Below are positions 42,870 to 51,319 of a DNA stretch of 64,000 nucleotides, piece after piece (the stretch's first letter is position 1; each line of letters begins with the position of its first letter). The stretch comes from Paludibacteraceae bacterium (GTDB lineage: Bacteria; Bacteroidota; Bacteroidia; Bacteroidales; Paludibacteraceae). The DNA is taken from positions 1,045 through 65,044 of the forward strand of contig JAZUGF010000013.1 of assembly GCA_045641065.1 (NCBI GenBank). The letters run 5' to 3'. The translations under genes and the position numbers were made by a program. Below the pieces are notes generated by a model. It saw nothing but the letters and a program-made list of their open reading frames with translations. It was not told the DNA's origin and ran no database searches.

Positions 42870-44651
42870 ATGAAAAAACTTATTTACTCAATCTTAGGTT
42901 CGGCGCTAACTGTGTCGTCCGCATTCGCCGATATGCAGTCGGTAAACGTTGGAGGGCAGAACCGTCAGTTTTATGTCCACGCTCCAAGTGGGCTTACGGA
43001 GAATCGTCCGTTGGTAATCTCTTGTCATGGTATGGATCAGGATATCCCTTATCAGCGTAATCAGGCTAAATGGGAGCAGATTGCAGACACTGCCAATTTC
43101 GTGGTGGTCTATCCGGGTGGTGGAACTGGTTTTTCTACTTGGGATATCAGTGGCGACAAGGATGCCAATTTCATCTTGGCTATCATCGACGAGATGAACA
43201 AGAAATACGCAATCGACAAATCCCGCGTCTACATGTCGGGATTCTCAATGGGAGGAATGCTTACATACCATTTGATGGCAAAACTTCCCGATAAAATCGC
43301 TGCTTTTGCACCAGTATCAGGACATTTGATGGGTGGAGGTTCATATTCAAACGTAAGACCTTTGCCTCTAATCCATGTGCATGGCACGAGTGATAGTGTT
43401 GTGCCTTACGATGGTTCGACAGATTACGTCAACGGTTGGGCAAAACAGAACGGATGTAATCCTACTCCAATCACTACTCAATACACTAATGGTTATCCAA
43501 ACTGTACGAAGGAGGTTTGGACAGGAGGTAAATGTGAGACTGAGGTAGTCCGTATCTCATTCAAGGGCCGTGACCATGAGCATAACAACAGTGGTGCTCT
43601 CCACACAAGCCAGGAGATTTGGAATTTCGTGAAAAACTACTCTCTTGAGTGTGGAAAGGTAGGTTCAAGCGGAGTCAATTTCTCTTCTCCATCAGCAAGC
43701 GGAAAGTATTCAGACGGAGATATCCTTCCAATCAGTGTGAAGGTTGGAGGAAAGGTTGAGGCTCAGAAGATTGTTGTTACAGTCGACGGTGAAGAGGTAG
43801 CGACATTGTCATCTGAACCATGGTCAGTAGATTGGACAGCCACACAGGGAAAACATACTGTGAAAGCAGTCGCAACAATGTCGGACGGATCGGAGATGGA
43901 AACCGAGACAAAGATCACTGTTAATGCTCCACAGACTCCATACAAGGGTGTTGCTGTAGTGTTGCCAGAGAAGGTTGAGGCTGAGAATTATGACGAGGGA
44001 GGCGAAGGATTTGCTTATTCCGATACTGACGATAAGAATGAAGGTAAAGAGTATAGAAATGATGGTGTAGATGTTGTCGACAATCAGAAAGGCGGTTATG
44101 CTATCGGTTATACTAAGTCGGGCGAATGGCTTGAATACACAGTTGAGGTGTTGAAAGATGCTGAGTTTGGCATTGAGGCGTTGGCATCAAACGGAAGCAG
44201 TAGTTTTGATTTCGACGTGTTGGCTGACGGAAAGAAATTGGCAACATTGGCTGGAGAGAAGACTGCCGACTGGGATACATACGCTATTGTAGAGTCGAAG
44301 AGCAAAGTATCATTGACAAAAGGAAAGCACGTCATCAAAGTGCTATTCAATACAGATTATACAAATCTTGACTACTTGGAATTCACAGGTGAGAAGGTTG
44401 TGACAAGTGTGGATGATGTCACATTTGATGCCAAGTCAGTTAAGGTTTATCCTAACCCAGCTCACAACGAAATCATGGTCAGCGCACCGTCTCCAATCAG
44501 AAAGATAAGAGTGATGACAATGAGTGGAGTAGAGGTTAAGGAATCAGAAGATACGACGGTGGATGTGTCTAATCTAGCGTCGGGCTGCTATCTTGTAGAA
44601 GTGACTACAGATGAGTCTGTTATAGTGAAGAAAGTAATGGTAGTAAGATAA
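42870..44651 (+). CDS. Secreted esterase (PHB-depolymerase/feruloyl-esterase CE1-like) with Ig-like module, CBM6-like module and T9SS CTD
   Basis: Signal peptide, nucleophile elbow GFSMGGM, and HVHGTSDSVVPY. The CBM6-like segment is VEAENYDEGGEGFAYSD…NLDYLEF. C-terminal …GCYLVEVTTDESVIVKKVMVVR. Confidence 0.8.
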   Translation: MKKLIYSILGSALTVSSAFADMQSVNVGGQNRQFYVHAPSGLTENRPLVISCHGMDQDIPYQRNQAKWEQIADTANFVVVYPGGGTGFSTWDISGDKDANFILAIIDEMNKKYAIDKSRVYMSGFSMGGMLTYHLMAKLPDKIAAFAPVSGHLMGGGSYSNVRPLPLIHVHGTSDSVVPYDGSTDYVNGWAKQNGCNPTPITTQYTNGYPNCTKEVWTGGKCETEVVRISFKGRDHEHNNSGALHTSQEIWNFVKNYSLECGKVGSSGVNFSSPSASGKYSDGDILPISVKVGGKVEAQKIVVTVDGEEVATLSSEPWSVDWTATQGKHTVKAVATMSDGSEMETETKITVNAPQTPYKGVAVVLPEKVEAENYDEGGEGFAYSDTDDKNEGKEYRNDGVDVVDNQKGGYAIGYTKSGEWLEYTVEVLKDAEFGIEALASNGSSSFDFDVLADGKKLATLAGEKTADWDTYAIVESKSKVSLTKGKHVIKVLFNTDYTNLDYLEFTGEKVVTSVDDVTFDAKSVKVYPNPAHNEIMVSAPSPIRKIRVMTMSGVEVKESEDTTVDVSNLASGCYLVEVTTDESVIVKKVMVVR

Positions 44652-44676
44652 GTTTGTTTGATTTACTAATTTTTAG

Positions 44677-44707
44677 CTTGCCCTATTAGTCCGGGGCAAG
44701 TTTTTTT
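44677..44707 (+). terminator. Rho-independent terminator
   Basis: CTTGCCC-…-GGGGCAAG followed by T7. Confidence 0.75.
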
Positions 44708-44739
44708 ATTTTAAATATTTAGAAATTAGAAAAAAGAAG

Positions 44740-44747
44740 TATATTTG
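44740..44747 (+). promoter_or_regulatory. -7 box (TAtaTTTG)
   Basis: Consensus match 22 nt upstream of the ATG at 44769. Confidence 0.4.
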
Positions 44748-44768
44748 TAAAGTAAATTAAAAATATTA

Positions 44769-44936
44769 ATGATTATGGTGACAGTTAAAGATTTGGAATT
44801 GACGACAAAAACAACGTATATTGTCGTCGAAGATCCTAAGATGAAGGCATTTTTGCTAAAGCTTAGAGAAAGAAGTGTTGAAAACTTGAAGAAATTGGAA
44901 GAAATAGGAAGATCCTTGAATAATGATACAAAATGA
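44769..44936 (+). CDS. Unlisted 55-aa ORF, translationally coupled to the next gene
   Basis: My translation: MIMVTVKDLELTTKTTYIVVEDPKMKAFLLKLRERSVENLKKLEEIGRSLNNDTK. It is below the ORF-track size cutoff. It has its own -7 box and overlaps the next ORF by 14 nt. Confidence 0.45.
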   Translation: MIMVTVKDLELTTKTTYIVVEDPKMKAFLLKLRERSVENLKKLEEIGRSLNNDTK

Positions 44937-45414
44937 TGTTTTTCTAAATGTTTCGTTAGAAGACACCAATTTAATTATTCAATTATCTTTACTAAACAAT
45001 TTGATAGGATGCCCTGTTGAAAAATACAAGGTGTTTGATGTTTCTTTATCAAGATCAGGAGAAAACAGTACAAAAATATTTGAATGCTTAACTAGTGTAA
45101 GTCTAAAGCTAATTAAGTTTTTGGAAGAAAATCCTAATTCCGTTTTGTACTATTATTGTGATGATGTTCATGATTTGAATAGAAGAAATAAAAATATATC
45201 AATGCAAGAATATCGTCATCGATTGTTTAGTCAAATGTTCAATTATCTAAAGAGGAATGTTTCTAAGGAAATCTCTGATGAATCCGTTATTTGTGTGTTT
45301 GATGGAAATAAGATATTCATTCATCTGATTTATTTTGATGATATGAAATATGCAGCAGATGAGCTTAAACAGCTAATAAAAGATCAGACTTCAAAATCAC
45401 TATGTTTAAATTAA
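44923..45414 (+). CDS. Hypothetical 163-aa protein (AT-rich)
   Basis: Clean ORF followed by a hairpin at 45419-45442. No recognisable motif. Confidence 0.5.
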   Translation: MIQNDVFLNVSLEDTNLIIQLSLLNNLIGCPVEKYKVFDVSLSRSGENSTKIFECLTSVSLKLIKFLEENPNSVLYYYCDDVHDLNRRNKNISMQEYRHRLFSQMFNYLKRNVSKEISDESVICVFDGNKIFIHLIYFDDMKYAADELKQLIKDQTSKSLCLN

Positions 45415-45418
45415 TGGT

Positions 45419-45442
45419 AGAGATGCGAATTTCCGTGTCTCT
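45419..45442 (+). repeat. Hairpin repeat AGAGATGCG-AATTTC-CGTGTCTCT (copy 1)
   Basis: Read directly; a related copy is at 45948-45972. It probably also terminates the upstream gene. Confidence 0.7.
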
Positions 45443-45474
45443 GCTTTATCTTTGCAATAACTAATCAAAAGAGC

Positions 45475-45942
45475 ATGGATTACGAGAAAAGAATAGAGAG
45501 GGCAGTGGAACTGTTCAATAGTGGATTCAACTGTTCGCAATCGGTGGTGGCGGCCTTTGCCGACATGTATGGCTTCACAGAGGAGCAGGCATTGAGAATG
45601 TCGGCTTCGTTTGGTGGAGGAATCGGACGAATGAGAGAGACGTGTGGAGCTGCATGTGGAATGTTCCTGCTTGCTGGTTTAGAGTGCGGCCAGACTGATC
45701 CTAAAGATGCTGCAGCAAAGTCGAACAACTACATGGTGGTGCAGGATATGGCAGCAAAGTTTAAGGAGCAGAACGGATCAATCAAATGTGCTGAGCTATT
45801 AGGTCAATTGAAAGAAAAGAAGACGACGCATGTGCCAGAGGCTCGCACTGCTGAGTATTACTCAAAGCGTCCATGTCCACGTATGGTGGAGTGTGCAGCC
45901 AGAATTTGGGTGGAGAAACTTAAGGAGTTGAGAGGAGAATAA
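45475..45942 (+). CDS. C_GCAxxG_C_C family (putative redox-active) protein
   Basis: FNCSQSV… and ETCGAACG motifs; 155 aa. Confidence 0.8.
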   Translation: MDYEKRIERAVELFNSGFNCSQSVVAAFADMYGFTEEQALRMSASFGGGIGRMRETCGAACGMFLLAGLECGQTDPKDAAAKSNNYMVVQDMAAKFKEQNGSIKCAELLGQLKEKKTTHVPEARTAEYYSKRPCPRMVECAARIWVEKLKELRGE

Positions 45943-45947
45943 AATGT

Positions 45948-45972
45948 AGAGATGTGAGATTCTCGCGTCTCT
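45948..45972 (+). repeat. Hairpin repeat AGAGATGTGA-GATTC-TCGCGTCTCT (copy 2)
   Basis: Read directly; ~80 percent identical to 45419-45442, including the GT preceding each. Confidence 0.7.
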
Positions 45973-45986
45973 TCATAGAACAAATT

Positions 45987-46020
45987 AAAGGGATGCGTTT
46001 CTTCTGAAACACATCCCTTT
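45987..46020. terminator. Bidirectional terminator between convergent genes
   Basis: AAAGGGATGCGTTTC-TTCT-GAAACACATCCCTTT has a 12-bp stem flanked by A and T runs. Confidence 0.7.
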
Positions 46021-46059
46021 AACTATTAATTCTTAATTATTAACTTTTAACTATTCACA

Positions 46060-46167
46060 TCAAGCTCCTGGCTTCTTGCTCTTCATCACCTTGATGTAGA
46101 AATATATTGTGATGGCTGCGATTGGCACTTGTACCAAAAGCAACATTGTTAATGCTTCTCCACTCAT
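46060..46167 (-). CDS. Unlisted 35-aa membrane peptide, MetS-like small subunit of the NSS transporter
   Basis: My translation: MSGEALTMLLLVQVPIAAITIYFYIKVMKSKKPGA. Its ATG lies 4 nt after the transporter stop. It has one TM helix and a basic tail. Confidence 0.55.
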   Translation of the reverse strand: MSGEALTMLLLVQVPIAAITIYFYIKVMKSKKPGA

Positions 46168-46170
46168 ATC

Positions 46171-47985
46171 TTAGTCCTCCTCGTATCTAATTTGGTTATC
46201 TTTATTCTTTTTGTCGACGAAGTAGATTATCACACATAGTATCACCAAACACATCAATAGCGAGATACGTGTGATATCCACATACATGACATCGTTGACG
46301 ACCGTGCCTTTGCTAAGTGCAGTACCTTGCTCTACATTGTCGCCTACATTCACCACCGGAATCGTTCCCTCTGGCAATGATATCGTCTTTGTGGCATTTC
46401 CACAGTTGATTTCAACTGCTGTGTCAGTCACTCCTGTCACTTGACCTACGTAATCAGAGTAGTAATAGTCTGCCACCCATGATGAGTTGGCTCCGATGCC
46501 CTTGTGTGTCAACTCTCCAATAATCGATGAGTTGTCAACCTCCCAACCAGACAATGAGATTTTGCTCCAATCGTCATTTACTGGTTTGATTACTGAAGTG
46601 ACAAAGATCAAGATCATCATCACCGGTGTGACGTATCTTAAGATATATTTGTAGATTATCGGAAGTTTCACCTCTGCACCGTAGTGGATAATTCGCCAGC
46701 CTTTGTCCATTCCCATCACCCATGAGAACATCACCGTCTCTATCATTCCAAAGAAGAAAAGTGCGAATGTGCCGGCCCAAAAGTCGTACTGATCAAAGAC
46801 TCCTTTGTCGAAGAACAACACCGTCGGCAATGCAAGGAAGAACAAGATTACTCCGTAGATCCATGATGCTTTCTTCTGAGTCCACTTGTAACTATCTGTG
46901 AAGAATGATACCAATGGAGTGGAAATTGCAAGCGACGACGTCACTGCCGAGAAGAATAGCAGACCGAAGAATGCAAGTCCAGCCAACGCCGACAACACTG
47001 GTCCCCACTGTGCAAACAAGTATGGAAGCGTCTTGAATCCAAGACTGAATCCACCCGACTGTGTCATCTCCAAAACTGCAGGTACTCCGAAGTATCCAAC
47101 TGCGATTGGGAAGATGATTGCACTACCAAGCACCACCTCTGTAAACTCATTAGTGAAGCCGGCAGTAAGCGAGTTCAAAACAATATCATCATGTTTCTTG
47201 ATATACGACGCGTAACATTGTATACAACCCATTCCAAGTGACATAGTGAAGAATACCTGTCCACCTGCGGCAAGCCAAACCTTTGGATTAGTAAGTGAGT
47301 CAAATTGTGGAGTCCATAGGTAGTTGAATCCATCCATACTTCCGAATGTTGCTCCCGCGTCGCCCTTATCAAGAGTGTATGCTCTTACCACAAGGAAAAT
47401 TCCGAAAAGCAACAACATCGGCATCGCCACCTTTGCCACTCGTTCAATTCCGTCTTTAATACCTTTTGCTAAAATCCAGATATTGAATATGATACATACA
47501 ATGAAGCATATCATTGTGTCGTGAGGAAGGAACGACGTTGAGATGCCAAGATCAAGGTATTTGCCGAAGAAGGCAGCCACCTCGTTTTCGGTCATGCCCA
47601 TAAATGTTCCGCAGACGGAATGAAGGGCGTATGATAAAGTCCAACTCTCAATATAGACGTAGTAGGCACAGATTAGAGTACTGCAGAAAATACCCATCGA
47701 ACCGAAATATTTCCAAATAGGATGACGGTGTGCCGACTGAAGAATCATAGGAGGAGAGTGATGACCCGACATTCCACCCAATTTACCTGTACTCCACTCG
47801 ATAAAAAGAAGAGGCAGACCAAGTAGGAAGAACGAAACAAGATAAGGTATGATGAATGCTCCACCTCCATTATTCACCGCCTGAATAGGGAAACGCAAAA
47901 AATTGCCAAGGCCGACGGCATTGCCCGCCATAGCCAGAATCAGTCCGATACGTGATCCCCACGCTTGAGTCTGCTGTTGCTCCAT
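46171..47985 (-). CDS. Sodium-dependent transporter, neurotransmitter:sodium symporter (NSS/SNF) family
   Basis: WGSRIGLILAMAGNAVGLGNFLRFP N-terminal signature and 12+ TM helices. Confidence 0.9.
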   Translation of the reverse strand: MEQQQTQAWGSRIGLILAMAGNAVGLGNFLRFPIQAVNNGGGAFIIPYLVSFFLLGLPLLFIEWSTGKLGGMSGHHSPPMILQSAHRHPIWKYFGSMGIFCSTLICAYYVYIESWTLSYALHSVCGTFMGMTENEVAAFFGKYLDLGISTSFLPHDTMICFIVCIIFNIWILAKGIKDGIERVAKVAMPMLLLFGIFLVVRAYTLDKGDAGATFGSMDGFNYLWTPQFDSLTNPKVWLAAGGQVFFTMSLGMGCIQCYASYIKKHDDIVLNSLTAGFTNEFTEVVLGSAIIFPIAVGYFGVPAVLEMTQSGGFSLGFKTLPYLFAQWGPVLSALAGLAFFGLLFFSAVTSSLAISTPLVSFFTDSYKWTQKKASWIYGVILFFLALPTVLFFDKGVFDQYDFWAGTFALFFFGMIETVMFSWVMGMDKGWRIIHYGAEVKLPIIYKYILRYVTPVMMILIFVTSVIKPVNDDWSKISLSGWEVDNSSIIGELTHKGIGANSSWVADYYYSDYVGQVTGVTDTAVEINCGNATKTISLPEGTIPVVNVGDNVEQGTALSKGTVVNDVMYVDITRISLLMCLVILCVIIYFVDKKNKDNQIRYEED

Positions 47986-48030
47986 TTTATCGTTTTTCTA
48001 TTGATTTCTCAGATTAAATATTGTAGTTTG

Positions 48031-48038
48031 CAAAAATA
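48031..48038 (-). promoter_or_regulatory. -7 box (TAttTTTG, minus strand)
   Basis: The plus strand reads CAAAAATA, 46 nt upstream of the ATG at 47985. Confidence 0.4.
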
Positions 48039-48120
48039 ACACTTTTGTTCATATAAAAAAACGAGTAAAATTCAATATGATACAAACATTTCTCTATATT
48101 TGTAAGCATAAGGATTAAAT

Positions 48121-49233
48121 ATGGTGCCTATGAAATTGAGCTTTACTACAATAAAACTATTTACCATTATTTTTTTGGCATTGATGTATGTTTCATGTCA
48201 GACTACTTCCACCAAGACTCTTACTATAAAAGGAAAGATACCTGTAGCGGCAAACAAAATGGTATATATCGACAGTTTTACATCTGTCGCACCTGTTTGT
48301 ATAGACTCAATCCGTGCTTTGGAAGACGGATCTTTTGAGATAAAGCGTAGAGCAGCAGAAAGAATGACATTCTTCCAGTTGAGAGCAGACTCTCTAAGTG
48401 CAGTGTTCTGTGCAGACTCTACTGAAAAAATCCATTTTAAGATAGCCACTCATGGAGAGCTTTACCTAACAGGTGATGAATATGCAGCTCAAGTATGCAA
48501 GTTGAGCCAACACATCAAGGCGACAAACAAATACATCAAGACTTTGATGCTTATGGGTAACAAAATTCCACAGAAGCAGATGAAGAAACTCATCTACTCT
48601 CGTGTGATGCGTTATAGAGAAATGGCAGATTCGTTGGTGAAAGAGAATCCCGTCTCTCCTGTGGCTTATTATGCGATGAATGCCAAACTCATATATGACA
48701 TTGAGCCATATGATTTCCATGATCCAGACGACAGACGTATGCTTGCCATTGTCGCAAACGGATGGAATATGGTGCGTCCGAATAATGTATATTCCAATCA
48801 GTTGCTTGCAAAATTGACAATTGATGATGTCAACAAAAAAGTAGGAGCAGATATGCTATATTCGGAAAAAGCTTCGTATATCGACCTTTGCCTTCCAAAT
48901 GCAAATGAAGAAATTGTCAGCTTAAATGAGGTAAGGAACAAAAATATAATTCTTCTGTTCTGGAATCTAAGGAATATGGATCCAACTGTGTTGGCAAATA
49001 TGAAAACGTATTACAACGCCAATCCTGATTTGGAAATTTATCATGTGAGTTTTGATAAGGATATGGAGGCATTTAAGGAGGCAGCAGCGGATTGCCCATG
49101 GATATGTGTGAACGATGTTGAAGAAAAAAGTGCTTTGACTTACAATCTTGATGTCACTCCTTCAGTATTCCTTTTCAACAAAAATGGAAATGTCGTAGGA
49201 AAGAACATGCCGTTTATCGGATATAAATTTTAA
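48121..49233 (+). CDS. DUF4369-like plus TlpA/thioredoxin-like lipoprotein lacking the CxxC motif
   Basis: The C-terminal fold pattern IILLFWNLRNMDP…YHVSFDKD…PSVFLFNKNGNVV aligns with TlpA-like proteins, but NLRN replaces WCxxC. Confidence 0.6.
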   Translation: MVPMKLSFTTIKLFTIIFLALMYVSCQTTSTKTLTIKGKIPVAANKMVYIDSFTSVAPVCIDSIRALEDGSFEIKRRAAERMTFFQLRADSLSAVFCADSTEKIHFKIATHGELYLTGDEYAAQVCKLSQHIKATNKYIKTLMLMGNKIPQKQMKKLIYSRVMRYREMADSLVKENPVSPVAYYAMNAKLIYDIEPYDFHDPDDRRMLAIVANGWNMVRPNNVYSNQLLAKLTIDDVNKKVGADMLYSEKASYIDLCLPNANEEIVSLNEVRNKNIILLFWNLRNMDPTVLANMKTYYNANPDLEIYHVSFDKDMEAFKEAAADCPWICVNDVEEKSALTYNLDVTPSVFLFNKNGNVVGKNMPFIGYKF

Positions 49234-49269
49234 ACGTTGACGTTAACGATAACGTTGACGTTGACGATA
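49234..49269 (+). repeat. Hexamer array (ACGTTG ACGTTA ACGATA) x2
   Basis: Six ACGWTR units, equivalent to two 18-mers differing at one base. The array starts right after the stop at 49233 and ends 8 nt before the -7 box. Confidence 0.9.
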
Positions 49270-49276
49270 ATTTTTG

Positions 49277-49284
49277 TACCTTTG
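49277..49284 (+). promoter_or_regulatory. -7 box (TAccTTTG)
   Basis: Consensus match 60 nt upstream of the ATG at 49344. Confidence 0.4.
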
Positions 49285-49343
49285 TTGTGCGAAACATAAT
49301 GCGAATTTCGCAAGATAAAACAGATTTAGCAAACAATTTCAGT

Positions 49344-50471
49344 ATGAAAATTGCGTTCGACGGCAAAAGAGCCGTGAAAAATGGAACTGGTCTCGGCAAC
49401 TACAGCAGATATGTGTTGGAGTCGCTTTGTAAGCACGCTGAAGCCAACGATAGATTCATTGTCTACTCGCCCAAAGGCAAGATGAATGCGTGGATGCAGA
49501 GAATATTGGATACATTTACTTCTCAGATTCATCTTGTTATCAAAGATTCCATTTTCGCAAGTGTGTGGCGTACTTTTGGCGTCACTCAAGATGCTGAAAA
49601 AGACGGTGCTGAAATATTTCACGGACTCAGCAATGAATTACCACTCAATATTGCCAAAAGTAAGATGAAAAGTGTGGTGACGATTCACGACCTCATCTTC
49701 CGCAGAATGCCGGAGTGCTATAAGCCTATTGACCGTAAGATTTACGATTATAAATTCCGTAAGGCTGCTGAGAATGCAGACGTGGTAATTGCTGTTAGTG
49801 AACGTACAAAGAAAGATATTGTAGAGTTGTATCATATCGATGCTGCGAAAATCAAGGTGGTTTATCAGGGATGTGACGCTCAGTTCGCTAAAGAGATTGG
49901 TGAAGATGAGAAGATCCGCGTCGCACAAAAATACGAACTTCCCCAACGATATATATTGAATGTAGGAAGCATCGAGACACGTAAAAATGCATTGCAGATT
50001 GTCAGAGCATTGAAAGACATTGATGAGGCAGTTTCACTTGTAATTGTAGGCCGACGCACTAAGTATGCAACCAAGATTGACGAGTATGTGAAGAATAATA
50101 ATTTAGACGCGAGAATAAAAATCATCTCTGGAATTGACTTCAAGGATTTACCAGCAGTGTATGCTCAGGCGGAAGTATTCGTATACCCTTCATTCTACGA
50201 AGGTTTTGGAATTCCAATAGTAGAGGCATTGAATGTTGGAGTGCCAGTCGTGGCTGCAACAGGTTCATGTTTGGAAGAGGCTGGTGGAGCATCCTCCATC
50301 TACGTCAATCCAACAAAGGATAAGGAGATGTCGGATGCTATCAATCGCGTCTTGACTGATTCTGATTTGAGAGCGAAAATGATTGCTGACGGAAAAGAGT
50401 ATGCGAAAAGATTCTCTGAAGAACAGTGTGCGAAAGAGATTTTTGATATCTATAAATCATTGATATCCTAA
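49344..50471 (+). CDS. Glycosyltransferase family 4 (GT-B, GT1-domain)
   Basis: EGFGIPIVEAL motif and typical length. The ATG at 49344 (MKIAFDG…) is preferred over the track start. Confidence 0.8.
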   Translation: MKIAFDGKRAVKNGTGLGNYSRYVLESLCKHAEANDRFIVYSPKGKMNAWMQRILDTFTSQIHLVIKDSIFASVWRTFGVTQDAEKDGAEIFHGLSNELPLNIAKSKMKSVVTIHDLIFRRMPECYKPIDRKIYDYKFRKAAENADVVIAVSERTKKDIVELYHIDAAKIKVVYQGCDAQFAKEIGEDEKIRVAQKYELPQRYILNVGSIETRKNALQIVRALKDIDEAVSLVIVGRRTKYATKIDEYVKNNNLDARIKIISGIDFKDLPAVYAQAEVFVYPSFYEGFGIPIVEALNVGVPVVAATGSCLEEAGGASSIYVNPTKDKEMSDAINRVLTDSDLRAKMIADGKEYAKRFSEEQCAKEIFDIYKSLIS

Positions 50472-50476
50472 TATAT

Positions 50477-51229
50477 ATGACGAAAACGAAAACGAAAACG
50501 AAGGCGAAAGTCTTATGCTGTGCTGGTGCATTGTTCGGTTTAGTTGCACTTATTTGGATTGGAACAGCTATCAGCCGTAATGGGGATTACAAAGATAAAC
50601 TATGGGCACATAGAGTCAACTCATTGGAGAAAAGAGCAGAGTTCAAAGATGCTTATCCTAATTTTGAGGTAGACATAATCATTCGTGAAGATTCGTTGAA
50701 TGGGAATATTATTTTGGATGTCACACACGATTCAATCAAAACATTCGGTTTAGCCTTCGACGAGTATATTCCTGGTTTAGGCAAAGATGAGAAAGTATGG
50801 ATGGATGTAAAGAATATATCTTTGAAGAATAACCAGAGATTGCTTACAAAACTTGATTCATTTGTGACAACATTAGGTTTAAGCAAAGACCAGTTTATCA
50901 TTGAAACTAGAGATTACAAAGCATTGGAGTTGTTGACCAAAAATGGTTACTACACATCCTACTATGTTGATTTCAAGGAAATTGACAGTGAAGTTGTAAA
51001 ACATTTGGATGAGGTTGCAGAGACAGGTTGTGTGAGAGCTCTTTCATTCCCGTCTACACAATATAGTGACATAAGAAACGGTGTGACTAATAAAAATATT
51101 GATTTCCTAACATGGGCTCATCGAGATACACAGATAGAGTTTTTGTTGAATCCATCCTACGGTAAATTTCTTGATGATGATCGTCTGAAGGTTGTACTAA
51201 TTAAGACGAGGGGAAAGTATCATAGATAA
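50477..51229 (+). CDS. Membrane-anchored hypothetical protein (weak GDPD/PLC-like resemblance)
   Basis: N-terminal TKTKTKTKAK repeat and a TM helix. The resemblance (WAHRVNS…FEVDI) is weak. Confidence 0.4.
   Translation: MTKTKTKTKAKVLCCAGALFGLVALIWIGTAISRNGDYKDKLWAHRVNSLEKRAEFKDAYPNFEVDIIIREDSLNGNIILDVTHDSIKTFGLAFDEYIPGLGKDEKVWMDVKNISLKNNQRLLTKLDSFVTTLGLSKDQFIIETRDYKALELLTKNGYYTSYYVDFKEIDSEVVKHLDEVAETGCVRALSFPSTQYSDIRNGVTNKNIDFLTWAHRDTQIEFLLNPSYGKFLDDDRLKVVLIKTRGKYHR
50480..50509 (+). repeat. Hexamer array ACGAAA x3, ACGAAG, GCGAAA at the 5' end of a CDS
   Basis: Read directly; encodes TKTKTKTKAK. Confidence 0.9.
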
Positions 51230-51236
51230 CGAAACC

Positions 51237-51273
51237 AAAAAAGGAGCGGACCATGCGATCCGCTCCTTTTGTT
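51237..51273. terminator. Bidirectional terminator
   Basis: A-run, GGAGCGGA-CCATGCGA-TCCGCTCC, T-run, between convergent genes. Confidence 0.8.
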
Positions 51274-51319
51274 ATTTAATCGGACAGGCATAAAACCTAC
51301 CCCTACAATGCGTTAATCA

